Shown here: positions 45,326-54,222 of the stretch, in pieces
How the letters are laid out: each line of letters begins with the position of its first letter
Numbering within the stretch: the stretch's first letter is position 1
DNA from: Bacteroidia bacterium
GTDB lineage: Bacteria > Bacteroidota > Bacteroidia > B-17B0 > Aurantibacillaceae
Assembly: GCA_045805185.1 (NCBI GenBank)
Contig: JBJMLS010000300.1
Span: 10,259 to 74,258 of the forward strand
Length of the DNA: 64,000 nucleotides
Direction of reading: 5' to 3'
The notes under the pieces: generated by a model
Seen by the model: only the letters and a program-made list of their open reading frames with translations
Databases searched by the model: none
What the model was told of the DNA's origin: nothing
Position numbers and translations under genes: made by a program

Positions 45326-45763
45326 TTAAGCAGCGTCCGGATGCTTTTCCAGGTAGCGGTCCGCAGAAAAGCTTCCTGAACCATAAACTTCGAATACCAG
45401 CAGGGAACACAGTACTACCCAAGCCAGCGCCTGTGTAGAGTAAAATGAGAACATAGGACTGGTCGGCATAAAAATAACGGCTCCAATGAGTATCGGGATC
45501 TGGAAGGCAACCGCCCACCGCGTTAGCAGCCCGAGACAGATCATTGCTCCACCTGCCAGGTGAACCATAATAATGTAATGTACCAGCATAAAGCTGATAT
45601 AATCGAATGGTGTATGAGAAACAAAAAGCTGGATATCGTTCGGGTTATTACCGAACTCAATTCCTTTAATGATAAGTATTGCCCCCAAAGCAATCCGGAA
45701 AATGTCCATCCACAGGTAATGGTGCTTTCGGGTCCAACGGTCAATTTTTTCAAAGGCATTCAT
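45326..45763 (-). CDS. DoxX family membrane protein
   Basis: From the ATG at 45763 the sequence is MNAFEKIDRWTRKHHYLWMDIFRIALGAILIIKG..., with four TM helices. The 85-aa N-terminal extension in the track ORF overlaps the next gene and looks non-coding. Confidence 0.75.
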   Translation of the reverse strand: MNAFEKIDRWTRKHHYLWMDIFRIALGAILIIKGIEFGNNPNDIQLFVSHTPFDYISFMLVHYIIMVHLAGGAMICLGLLTRWAVAFQIPILIGAVIFMPTSPMFSFYSTQALAWVVLCSLLVFEVYGSGSFSADRYLEKHPDAA

Positions 45764-45839
45764 GATGTAGCTCCTTTCTTTTTTAGTATACAGTAAAGTT
45801 ACGCCTGTTGCAAAAAAAAGGATATGATCTGGATCATGC

Positions 45840-48692
45840 TTATTGCGGAGCTGCAGTTTTGGGCGGACCTGCAAATTTGCGGAAGGTATAGGTAAGCATG
45901 AGCATATAATAACGCGTGAGTACTTTGGTTTGAATATCCTCAATATAGGTTTCTGTAACTGTCCGGCTAATGCTGTTGTTCTGCGCCAGCATATCAAATA
46001 CGTTAGCTTTAACTTCAAGCGATCTGTTCTTCAGAAATTTATATCCTACAGAATTATTCATGAGCAGGAAGCCGAGATTATAGGAAGCTGAAAGCCCGGT
46101 GTACACCGTGTGGGTCATGTTGGTGGAAAATACCAATCCTTTCCAGGGCATCCAGTTCAGCTTTAAAGAACTTACCTGGTTAAAGTAATTATTGTTTGAT
46201 TGCGTTTGCAGGGTGTTCTTTACAATACTGTAATTCGCATTGTAGGAAATAGTAAAATCGAGCTTTTCGCTGATATTACTGCTCAATACAACACCCTGGC
46301 TGAAATTATAGTTGCTGGCGAGATTGATGGCGTTATTGATCTGCGCCGGAGTACTGTTATAAGTTAAACCGGTATTCAGGTTAAAATTACTCCTGATCTT
46401 TTTTACAGGAAAGGAAAAAGTGACAAAGGTACGCGCGTTCCAATATCCCTTCAGGTTGACCGGGGCTGAGAGCTGCATGCCGCGCGTAAGCGTAAGCGAG
46501 CTGCTGACCGTTGTATCATTGACCGGAATCAGCGTGGAATTGCCTATGTAATTTTGCGTATAGGTGCCGTTCAAAAAGATAAACATGCTCTTCGCTTTTG
46601 CCTGGTTGCTGTTCCCGTACCGTATCGATATGTTATGGTCATAGCTTTGCTTCAGGTTTGGATTCCCGGTGCTGAGTAAAAGCGGATTGCTGTTGTTGAT
46701 CACATTCTGCAATTGCGTAATGGAAGGGCTGGTGGTGGAAGTGCGGTAATTGATCCGTATGTTCTTTGAATCGCTGAACTTGTAATTATACACCAGCTGC
46801 GGCAACAGGTTCTGGAAATTTTTTTCTACTGTAAAACTGGCCGGGTAACTTTGCTGACCCTTTAGCTGCGCTTGCTGGGCATTCAGCGTAACATTGAACG
46901 TTGCCTTACTGCCGTTGTAACGGTACCCTGCACCAGCAGCATGCGTAATATAGGTATTGTCAAACTTATTGCTCAGTAAAGTGTCCAGGCGACTGTAATT
47001 GTTATCATAAGCATCCAGGTCATTGGTTCGCTTATCCGTATGATTTTGCGTATAGCTCAGGTTGTAATTGAACTGCAGCTGTTCTTTTTTACTCAGGGGC
47101 TCTGTATAAACGAGATTACCGGACTGGGTAAAGCCATTCGTGTATTGTGTGGAACGCTGATCGATGAGCGAAGAATCCGTAAAGCCATGAAATTCGCTGG
47201 TGGAATACAGGCTGCCTGTACCGTTCTTAGTGTTCAGGTCGGTGCTTCCGTCAAGCGAGATGGTACGTCCCGCCTTTAGAAACTTATGGCGCAGAACAAG
47301 GCTATTTGAAAAAGTATAACCCGAAGCTGAATTGACATTGTCATTCTCGGTTTTACTCTGAACCAGCGTATCGCCCAGGGTATTTATCCCTGTAAGTTTC
47401 GATCCTGAATTGTTCTGCTGCACATTGAAACGCGGGCTCAGCACAATGGAGTTGAGGGTATCTATTGTGTATTCCAGGCGGAGATTGGCCCTGTGGTTAT
47501 AATTGCTGCTTTGTGAAATGCTTTCCTGGTCGTACTTTAAGCCATTCTGGTTCCCGATGATATAATTCCTGTGCGAGACGCTGCTGTTTGCATTATTGGT
47601 AAGATTGAAAAAATAACTTCCGCTCACTTTTACCTTTGTTCCCCAGGCATCGCTGTAATTCAAACCTGCGGCATGAGTTTCCGAAATACCTCCCTGCTGA
47701 CCTACAAGAAAATTATTTCCAGCGCCACCTGATCCGCCATATACCATTCCTCCGCCCATTCCACCTTTTCCGCCTTGTCCACCCCTTCCCTGCCCGCCGC
47801 TTCCTCCTGAGCCGGAAACACCGAGAAGGTCCTGCATATTGAAATTCTGCTGGTTAATGTTGTTGGAAAGCTCGAGCACCGAAATTCTCCTGTCCCCTTT
47901 AAAAATGTTCAGGTTGCCACCGGCAATGTAACGCTCATCTGTTCCGTAGCCGGCATATACTTTTCCAAACTTCCCATTGTTCCGCCCGGGCTTGGTTTTA
48001 ATGTTGATGGTTTTATTTGCCTTCCCGTCATCAAATCCGGTCAGCTGAGCCTGATCACTCGCCTTATCATAAACAGAGATCTTATCAATTACTTCGGCCG
48101 GAAGGTTTTTCAGGGCCACAGCGGGGTCATCACCGAAGAAGGGCTTTCCGTCCACGAAAATTTGCTTTACCTCTTCCCCATTGACCTTGACAGTACCATT
48201 TGTAGAAGTGATGCCTGGCATCTTAGTGATGAGGTCCTCCGCATTTGCATCCGGATTCGTCTTAAAAGCATTTGCATTATAATGCACCGTATCGCCGCTT
48301 TGCTTTGTTCTTTCCTGTACGGTTTCAATGGTAACTTCTTTCAGCTCCGTTGGCGCAGGCTTAAGACGGATCCCGAACAATCTCATTTCCGGTCGGCCTT
48401 CATTCAGGGTAAAAACTTCGCTTTTGAAGGACTGAAAAGTAAGCACCTCCACCTTTACATAATATTCTCCTGATCTTGGAACGCTTATGCTGAACCAGCC
48501 TTTTTCGCCTGAAGAGCCGCCGGCTACAGCCGTTGAATCCAATGTTGAAAAAACACCAACTGAGGCATAGGCTACCGATTGCCCGCTCACTTCTTCCTTT
48601 ATCATTCCGCTGACTTTAAACGCGCCCTGGGAACGGAGTCCGGCTGCGTAAAGAGAAAAAAGAAAAAAGAATATGTACCGGAACTTTTTCAT
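45840..48692 (-). CDS. outer-membrane beta-barrel family protein (CarboxypepD_reg + plug-like + barrel) with an internal Gly-rich insert
   Basis: Signal peptide MKKFRYIFFFLFSLYAAGLRSQ, then a CarboxypepD_reg-like start. The insert reads GSGGSGGQGRGGQGGKGGMGGGMVYGGSGGAG. A long alternating beta-strand region ends ...LMLTYTFRKF. Confidence 0.8.
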   Translation of the reverse strand: MKKFRYIFFFLFSLYAAGLRSQGAFKVSGMIKEEVSGQSVAYASVGVFSTLDSTAVAGGSSGEKGWFSISVPRSGEYYVKVEVLTFQSFKSEVFTLNEGRPEMRLFGIRLKPAPTELKEVTIETVQERTKQSGDTVHYNANAFKTNPDANAEDLITKMPGITSTNGTVKVNGEEVKQIFVDGKPFFGDDPAVALKNLPAEVIDKISVYDKASDQAQLTGFDDGKANKTINIKTKPGRNNGKFGKVYAGYGTDERYIAGGNLNIFKGDRRISVLELSNNINQQNFNMQDLLGVSGSGGSGGQGRGGQGGKGGMGGGMVYGGSGGAGNNFLVGQQGGISETHAAGLNYSDAWGTKVKVSGSYFFNLTNNANSSVSHRNYIIGNQNGLKYDQESISQSSNYNHRANLRLEYTIDTLNSIVLSPRFNVQQNNSGSKLTGINTLGDTLVQSKTENDNVNSASGYTFSNSLVLRHKFLKAGRTISLDGSTDLNTKNGTGSLYSTSEFHGFTDSSLIDQRSTQYTNGFTQSGNLVYTEPLSKKEQLQFNYNLSYTQNHTDKRTNDLDAYDNNYSRLDTLLSNKFDNTYITHAAGAGYRYNGSKATFNVTLNAQQAQLKGQQSYPASFTVEKNFQNLLPQLVYNYKFSDSKNIRINYRTSTTSPSITQLQNVINNSNPLLLSTGNPNLKQSYDHNISIRYGNSNQAKAKSMFIFLNGTYTQNYIGNSTLIPVNDTTVSSSLTLTRGMQLSAPVNLKGYWNARTFVTFSFPVKKIRSNFNLNTGLTYNSTPAQINNAINLASNYNFSQGVVLSSNISEKLDFTISYNANYSIVKNTLQTQSNNNYFNQVSSLKLNWMPWKGLVFSTNMTHTVYTGLSASYNLGFLLMNNSVGYKFLKNRSLEVKANVFDMLAQNNSISRTVTETYIEDIQTKVLTRYYMLMLTYTFRKFAGPPKTAAPQ

Positions 48693-48895
48693 TTTAAATT
48701 GTAAATGCAAAGGTCTTATATTTATTCCTGACTGAAAAAGAAATTATCGTCTCAACCGGTAATAACGGCTAATTAAAACTATGTGCCGGTATTTTATGAA
48801 ATTCATCATTTACTTTTAAAGAACCTCCCACTGAAAAATCTTGCCATTCAGAACTAAATTGTATTAAATTAGCACATTGTTAAACACAAAGAGAC

Positions 48896-51208
48896 ATGAA
48901 AGATTCCATTTACCGGCTGTTTTTTATTCTACTGTTCCTTGCCGGGTCTTCCTATGCGCAAAAGCACGATTACAAAAGCCATTTTAATAATGGCAATAAT
49001 TACCTGCTGGAAGAAAATTATGCGATGGCCCTGGAAGAGTACATGAAATCCTACGCCATTGATTCCACCAATGCCAATATCAATTTTAAGATAGGTTATT
49101 GTTACCTCTATCATCCTACGCAAAAGCACCTGGCTGAAACTTACCTGGCGAAAGCGATCAAAGATGTTTCGGGATCGTATAACGAAGATAATCCAATGTT
49201 CAAGGCAGCGCCGCCGTATGCATATTTCTATTACGGGCAGGCGCTTCACCTGGACTATAAATTTGACGCGGCTACTGGAATGTATAACGCTTATGAAAAA
49301 ATGCTGAACGAGAAACGTTCTGCGGAGGACATTGAACTCATCGAACATTATAAGCTGATGGCTGAAAATGCAAAAAAAAGAACTGCCGATCCTGCTAAAA
49401 TTCATGTAAGCAATCTCGGCGACAGTGTTAATTCGGTCTATCCTGATTTTTCCCCCTTGCTTTCTGCGGATGAGCGCATGCTGATCTTCACCTACAGGGG
49501 AATAAAAAGTACAGGCGCTGACCTGGGATTGAAAACCGAGGACGGCCGTTATTTTGAAGATATATTTGTATGTTATAAAAAAGACGATGGTAAGTGGACG
49601 AGCCCTGTTTCCATCAGTCAGAACATTAATACGATCGGTCACGAAGGATCAGTAGGCTTAACGGCTGACGGACAAACACTGATCATCTACCGCGATGACA
49701 AAGGCGATGGAAACCTGTACCATTCAACCTGGACAGGTACCGACTGGACAATTCCGGAAAAATACGGCCCGGAGATCAATTCAAAATACTGGGAGCCGAG
49801 CGCTTGTCTCGCCCCGGATGGAAACACACTTTACTTTGTAAGCGACAGGCCCGATGGTTATGGAGGAAGGGATATTTACCGTTGCAAAAAATTACCGAAC
49901 GGGAACTGGGCGCTGCCGATGAACCTTGGGCCAAAGATCAATACGCCTTACGATGAGGAATCCCCTTTCATGCATCCTAACGGAACCGATCTTTACTTCA
50001 GTTCGCAGGGACACGGATCTATGGGCGGCTTTGACATCATGTTCTCCAAAATGGATCAGAATGGCACCTTCAGTGATCCGGCTCCCCTCGACTACCCGAT
50101 CAATACAACTGATGACGATGTGTTCTTTGTGGTGAGCCCGGATAGTAAACGCGGATATTATTCTTCTTCGCATGAGGACCGTGAAGGTTTTGGAGAGAAG
50201 GATATTTACATGCTTCTTCTCGAGGAACCGACAGGTGCGGATATTCTTGCTTTACTGAAAGGGCAGATCATTTCCTCAAAAGGTCTCCCGCTCCCCGGTG
50301 GAGTGGAAATTTTTATCACTGATAAAACCTCAGGGGAACTGGTTGGGATTTACAGGCCGCAGGCAAGAACAGGAGCTTTCGTTTCCATTTTAAAACCCGG
50401 ACTGAACTATGTGATCTCCTACCAGCTGGATGGTAAGGAATTTCACAATGAGGACCTTTCCGTAAGAAACGAAGACGCCTACCAGGAGATCCACCGTGAA
50501 ATTATTCTTGATCCGGTGAAGCTCAACCTTGGCGGCGGAAACGAGGAGGAAACTATTTTGCTCGATGTATTGGCCCTGAATGCAAAAGACAAGAATCCTG
50601 TTGCAAATGCGAAAATAGAAGTATATGAAAAAGGAAAAACAGGCACAAGTGTAAGTTCGGATGCGAATGGGAAAGCCGAAGCTATTCAGCTTAAAAGCGG
50701 CAACACTTATGAGCTCTATGCCTCAATGGGTCAATTGCGATCGGAAACCGTTACGCTTTCCACGAACGGCATGAAAGCCGGGAAAATAAGCAAGACTGTT
50801 TACCTCGGTGAAGTTCCTGCCGTCGCTACCAAAAATTCAAAATACCAGTTCAGGCATTTCTTTACTTACAATCAAAATAAGATAGAGAATAATGAGGAAT
50901 ACATCCGGTTCTTAAGCGATGTGGAAACGCAGGTGAAAGAGAAAGGAAAGGCTGACATCGCGATTCACTCCTGCGCTTCAAAAGTTCCTACAACGCAATA
51001 TGGCGGGAGCAACAATAAGCTCGCGCAGCTGAGGGCAGAGTCCATGAAAAAAGATGTGATCGCTTACCTTCAGTCGAAAGGACTTTCTGAAAAGGCAGTT
51101 AAATTTGAACTGAGTTCAACAGTTGAAGGCCCGGAATATCATGGCGATTTCCTCATCAACAAGAAGAACTTCGAAAAGTTCCAGTACGTAGAAGCAGGCG
51201 TGAAGTAA
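48896..51208 (+). CDS. secreted TPR + PD40 beta-propeller + CarboxypepD_reg-like + OmpA-like C-terminal domain protein
   Basis: Collinear with 43675-45261 over about the first 450 aa (ENYAMALEEYMK...GYCYLY; LYFVSDRPDGYGGRDIY; LYFSSQGHGSMGGFDIM). The C-terminal segment ...SNNKLAQLRAESMKKDVIAYL... resembles an OmpA-like peptidoglycan-binding end. Confidence 0.7.
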   Translation: MKDSIYRLFFILLFLAGSSYAQKHDYKSHFNNGNNYLLEENYAMALEEYMKSYAIDSTNANINFKIGYCYLYHPTQKHLAETYLAKAIKDVSGSYNEDNPMFKAAPPYAYFYYGQALHLDYKFDAATGMYNAYEKMLNEKRSAEDIELIEHYKLMAENAKKRTADPAKIHVSNLGDSVNSVYPDFSPLLSADERMLIFTYRGIKSTGADLGLKTEDGRYFEDIFVCYKKDDGKWTSPVSISQNINTIGHEGSVGLTADGQTLIIYRDDKGDGNLYHSTWTGTDWTIPEKYGPEINSKYWEPSACLAPDGNTLYFVSDRPDGYGGRDIYRCKKLPNGNWALPMNLGPKINTPYDEESPFMHPNGTDLYFSSQGHGSMGGFDIMFSKMDQNGTFSDPAPLDYPINTTDDDVFFVVSPDSKRGYYSSSHEDREGFGEKDIYMLLLEEPTGADILALLKGQIISSKGLPLPGGVEIFITDKTSGELVGIYRPQARTGAFVSILKPGLNYVISYQLDGKEFHNEDLSVRNEDAYQEIHREIILDPVKLNLGGGNEEETILLDVLALNAKDKNPVANAKIEVYEKGKTGTSVSSDANGKAEAIQLKSGNTYELYASMGQLRSETVTLSTNGMKAGKISKTVYLGEVPAVATKNSKYQFRHFFTYNQNKIENNEEYIRFLSDVETQVKEKGKADIAIHSCASKVPTTQYGGSNNKLAQLRAESMKKDVIAYLQSKGLSEKAVKFELSSTVEGPEYHGDFLINKKNFEKFQYVEAGVK

Positions 51209-51217
51209 CTCATTAGC

Positions 51218-51760
51218 TCATGCTAATTCTTTTTCCCTGACACGCTTCACCGTCTTCTTCGCCTGTGTTTCTATTTCTTTTTTAATCCTGGAAGCCATTT
51301 CCTCCAGGATCTTTACCAGGTGTTTTTTTTGAGTAAGCTCACTGATGCTCCATTTCTCTTTATCCGCGCGCTTATGAGCAAGCTTGAATTTGAACCCGCT
51401 CATTTCCGTGGAATAAGTGTTGGCATCCAGCTTTTTTACATTTTGAGCGGCAAGTATGTACCAATGGTATTCCGTTCCTACAGGCACACCCGAACCTTCA
51501 GGGGCCTTTCCGGCTCTTCGCTTGGTGACCGCGTAGGAGATCTTCCATTCGTCGGGAGTTACCTTTGTTTCTTTCCATACGCCGCTATCGTAATTCCACT
51601 TATGGCTCCTGCCAACGGCCATTCCCGTATACTGCTTCCCTTCAAATTCCTTGAATTTGTTATAGGATGCAGCCCGGTCCTTTTTCACCGCTTTTGCAGC
51701 GCGCTTCTTTACTTTTTGCGCTGGCGCTACAAGCGCTACCGTTGCTCTGCGTTTAGGCAT
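51218..51760 (-). CDS. hypothetical basic protein with K/A-rich N-terminal tail
   Basis: 180 aa. Starts MPKRRATVALVAPAQKVKKRAAKAVKKDRAAS, then a globular-looking core. No family recognised. Confidence 0.55.
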   Translation of the reverse strand: MPKRRATVALVAPAQKVKKRAAKAVKKDRAASYNKFKEFEGKQYTGMAVGRSHKWNYDSGVWKETKVTPDEWKISYAVTKRRAGKAPEGSGVPVGTEYHWYILAAQNVKKLDANTYSTEMSGFKFKLAHKRADKEKWSISELTQKKHLVKILEEMASRIKKEIETQAKKTVKRVREKELA

Positions 51761-51912
51761 TCTTTTCAGAGCTTAGCTTGAGCGTATAACTGGTGTGCCC
51801 CGTTATTGCCTTGCGCGGCTGATACGAAAAAGTTTTGCGCCATTGAAAAGAATTCAAAGAATACCAGCCTTTGCAGCCGGTACTTTTAAATCCGTATCCG
51901 TACATATTATTG

Positions 51913-52620
51913 TTATTCTTCATCGCTTTCTACTTCTTCCTGGTTTTCAACTTCGTTCTCTACTTCCTCGTCTTCAGTTTCTTCCTCGTCTTCTTCTTCC
52001 TCGTCTTCTTCCTCTTCGGCTGCTTTAATGTTAATGGCGGCTTCCGCTACTTCAGTCAGCTTTTCATCAGCCGCTTTCTCTTCCTCGAGGATCTCTTCCA
52101 GCAGTTCCGCAGCATCATCCAGACCCAGTGTTCTTGCAAAAGTTCTTAACGTGCCGTAGGTCGCTATTTCATAATGCTCCACCTTTTGTCCCGCTGAAAT
52201 GATTCCCGCATCGCGCATGGCTCCTTTATCACATTCCTTCATGATCTCTTCCGCCTCCTTGATCAGGCCAGCCATTGCTTCACATTTCTTTGCCTGCGGT
52301 TTCATTTCCAACAGCTCAAATACCTGCTCCAGCTTTTCAATTTGCCCTTCGGTTTCTTCCAGGTGATTTTCGATCGCTTCGGTCAGATCTTCTGAAGTAG
52401 CATTTTTAGCCATCTTTGGCAACGCCTTGGTCAGCGCTTTTTCCGCCCAGTAAATATCTTTGAGCTCATTCTCAAATAATTTCTTCAGCTTTGTTTCATC
52501 CGATTCTTCCTTCGCGGCTTTCTTTTTAACCGGCGCTTTTACGGCGGCTTTCGCGGTTTTTTTTGCAGATGCGCTTTTCTTTGCGCCCTTTTTTGTAGCT
52601 TGTTTCTTTTTCATAACCAT
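51913..52620 (-). CDS. yciF: ferritin-like DUF892 protein, YciF/YciE homologue, with added K/A-rich N-tail and polyacidic C-tail
   Basis: The core KDIYWAEKALTKALPKMAK...HLEETEGQIEKLEQVF...AGQKVEHYEIATYGTL...EEILEEEKAADEKL aligns by eye with E. coli YciF, which has AAQKVEHYEIASYGTL. Confidence 0.85.
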   Translation of the reverse strand: MVMKKKQATKKGAKKSASAKKTAKAAVKAPVKKKAAKEESDETKLKKLFENELKDIYWAEKALTKALPKMAKNATSEDLTEAIENHLEETEGQIEKLEQVFELLEMKPQAKKCEAMAGLIKEAEEIMKECDKGAMRDAGIISAGQKVEHYEIATYGTLRTFARTLGLDDAAELLEEILEEEKAADEKLTEVAEAAINIKAAEEEEDEEEEDEEETEDEEVENEVENQEEVESDEE

Positions 52621-52623
52621 GTT

Positions 52624-52797
52624 TTACTTATTAAGATGAACTGAATCCGCACTATTATTATTGTTGGTGCTATCGGCCTCCGGGCTGTGATTGTAAGGAC
52701 CGGCATTGTTCTCCTGTTTTTTATTGTTGGTGCAGGAAGTAACTGAAACTGCCAGAACAACGCCAAGTAATAAGAGAGTCGCTTTTATTTTTTTCAT
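52624..52797 (-). CDS. 57-aa lipoprotein (copy A), below the ORF-track cut-off
   Basis: Hand translation gives MKKIKATLLLLGVVLAVSVTSCTNNKKQENNAGPYNHSPEADSTNNNNSADSVHLNK, with lipobox VTSC. It is a paralogue of 53982-54155. Its stop is 3 nt before the yciF-like start. Confidence 0.5.
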   Translation of the reverse strand: MKKIKATLLLLGVVLAVSVTSCTNNKKQENNAGPYNHSPEADSTNNNNSADSVHLNK

Positions 52798-52818
52798 TTT
52801 CTTTTTTTGGTTTTTAAA

Positions 52819-52848
52819 TCAGCGGGCTGACCGGAGTCACCCCGCTGA
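52819..52848 (-). terminator. hairpin between disordered-protein gene 2 and lipoprotein copy A
   Basis: TCAGCGGG (52819-52826) pairs with CCCGCTGA (52841-52848). An inner TGAC/GTCA pairing extends it. The position is the same as that of the hairpin at 54180-54212. Confidence 0.45.
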
Positions 52849-52882
52849 CAATTGATTACGCGATCAGCGTAAATATGTATAA

Positions 52883-53770
52883 TTAATCCTGACGCGAGCG
52901 GTTGCGTGAGCTGGAACTGGTCCTGCTGCGTCCTCTTTCAGAAGAGCTGCTGCGATCACGTCCTGAAGAACGCTGGTTTCTTCCTGAACGGCTCTCCGTA
53001 CGTGAAGAACGCCCGTTAGCATTACTTGCATAACGCTGCTCGCCTGAACGGTGGTTGCGCGACATGTCAGTATCTCCGCGTGAAGAGCGGTATTCCCAAT
53101 CTCCTCCCTGCTGGTTCCCGCTCATCCTGTTCATGGAGTTATTGCCATAACCTCCGCGTGAAGAAGATCCTCCTCCGTAAGAAGAAGACCCACCGCGCTG
53201 TCCACTGCTACTTCCGTAACCGCTGTACTGCTGTCCATAGCTGCCGCCTCCATTAGAAGAGCCGCGTGATTGTCCGTTGCCATTTCTTCCATAACCTCCT
53301 TCATAAGAGGAGCCGCGCGATTGTCCATAACCGCCGCGTGAAGAACGTCCCATTCCCATTCCACTTCCCCCTTCATACTCATCGTAATCGTCTCCACGGT
53401 TAGAATATCCACCACCGGACAATTCGCTTTGACCGTAATCGCTCATCCCATAACCGCGCTGATTGCGGCCATATCCTTCTGTTTCAAAATCGTCATCCTC
53501 ATCTTCATAATTTCCTCGGAAAGAACGCTGGTTATCATATTCGTCTTCCTCATTCTCATCATATCCTGATCCGCGCGAATTCTGTCCGCCATAATTTCCT
53601 TCAAAGTCATTATCATCTTCATCATCGTAACGTTCGTAACGATCGCTACCATAAGTGTAATTGTCCTGGCCGTAATCCGACTGGGACTCATTGTTCTGGT
53701 TACCCCTGTAATTCCCGCGGGAATATGCGCCGCTTGAGCGCGACCCGCCTCTTTGGTTCCTTGTTGTCAT
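52883..53770 (-). CDS. intrinsically disordered G/S/R/Y/D/E/N-rich protein (hydrophilin-like), paralogous N-terminus to 54223-54951
   Basis: 295 aa from the ATG at 53770, starting MTTRNQRGGSRSSGAYSRGNYRGN. There is no hydrophobic segment at all. The order is an acidic-aromatic region, a SYG/RGG-type region and an Arg/Ser-rich tail. Confidence 0.7.
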   Translation of the reverse strand: MTTRNQRGGSRSSGAYSRGNYRGNQNNESQSDYGQDNYTYGSDRYERYDDEDDNDFEGNYGGQNSRGSGYDENEEDEYDNQRSFRGNYEDEDDDFETEGYGRNQRGYGMSDYGQSELSGGGYSNRGDDYDEYEGGSGMGMGRSSRGGYGQSRGSSYEGGYGRNGNGQSRGSSNGGGSYGQQYSGYGSSSGQRGGSSSYGGGSSSRGGYGNNSMNRMSGNQQGGDWEYRSSRGDTDMSRNHRSGEQRYASNANGRSSRTESRSGRNQRSSGRDRSSSSERGRSRTSSSSRNRSRQD

Positions 53771-53882
53771 AAATTGTATGTTTTTTTTAGATTTCCGATC
53801 AAAAGCCAAAGTATATGCCATTCACTTTACTTCAGCTTTTATGTGATTTTTCATTTTACCTTCATCCAAATGGGGAAATATT

Positions 53883-53910
53883 TTTCCACATAAGGGGGAA
53901 AGATTTGTAC
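53883..53910 (-). promoter_or_regulatory. conserved upstream element, copy 2 (TTTCCACATAAGGGGGAAAGATTTGTAC on the plus strand)
   Basis: Begins 113 nt upstream of the ATG at 53770. The near-identical element upstream of 54951 has the same offset. Confidence 0.4.
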
Positions 53911-53981
53911 GGGTCAATTTGATTGCACTATTTTACCCGGATACTGCATTACAGGATACTACTCATGTTCATTTGGCCCTG

Positions 53982-54155
53982 CTATTTTACCTGATTAGAA
54001 TCTTTTGCAGGATATGCGGGAACAGTCCCTGTTGAATCATTACTGTGATTATAATTATCTCTGTTCTCATTGGCCCGTCCGTTATTTTTATTGTCACAGG
54101 CGCTTGCCACCAATGCTAAAAATGCAAGAAGCAAAATTGTGTCCTTAACTTTCAT
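53982..54155 (-). CDS. 57-aa lipoprotein (copy B)
   Basis: From the ATG at 54155 the sequence is MKVKDTILLLAFLALVASACDNKNNGRANENRDNYNHSNDSTGTVPAYPAKDSNQVK, with lipobox ASAC. It has the same length and the same YNHS motif as copy A. Confidence 0.5.
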   Translation of the reverse strand: MKVKDTILLLAFLALVASACDNKNNGRANENRDNYNHSNDSTGTVPAYPAKDSNQVK

Positions 54156-54179
54156 ATTATTTTCTTTAAGAATTGGATT

Positions 54180-54212
54180 AAAAAAACAGCGGGTTGCGAC
54201 CAGCAACCCGCC
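54180..54212 (-). terminator. Rho-independent terminator after the KGG-repeat gene
   Basis: Stem GCGGGTTG/CAACCCGC (54189-54196 with 54204-54211), followed on the coding strand by a T7 run. Confidence 0.6.
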
Positions 54213-54222
54213 GATAAAAAAA

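Noticed and set aside
45764-46018. 85-aa N-terminal extension of the DoxX ORF
   Set aside because: It overlaps the 3' end of the beta-barrel gene and looks non-coding. The DoxX homology begins at the ATG at 45763.
48929-49642. 237-aa minus-strand ORF
   Set aside because: It lies fully inside, and antisense to, the well-supported TPR-PD40 gene 48896-51208. It has no recognisable motifs.
51795-52149. 77-aa and 92-aa plus-strand ORFs rich in L/F/P
   Set aside because: They are antisense to the polyacidic GAA/GAG-rich tail of the YciF homologue, so this is a compositional artefact.
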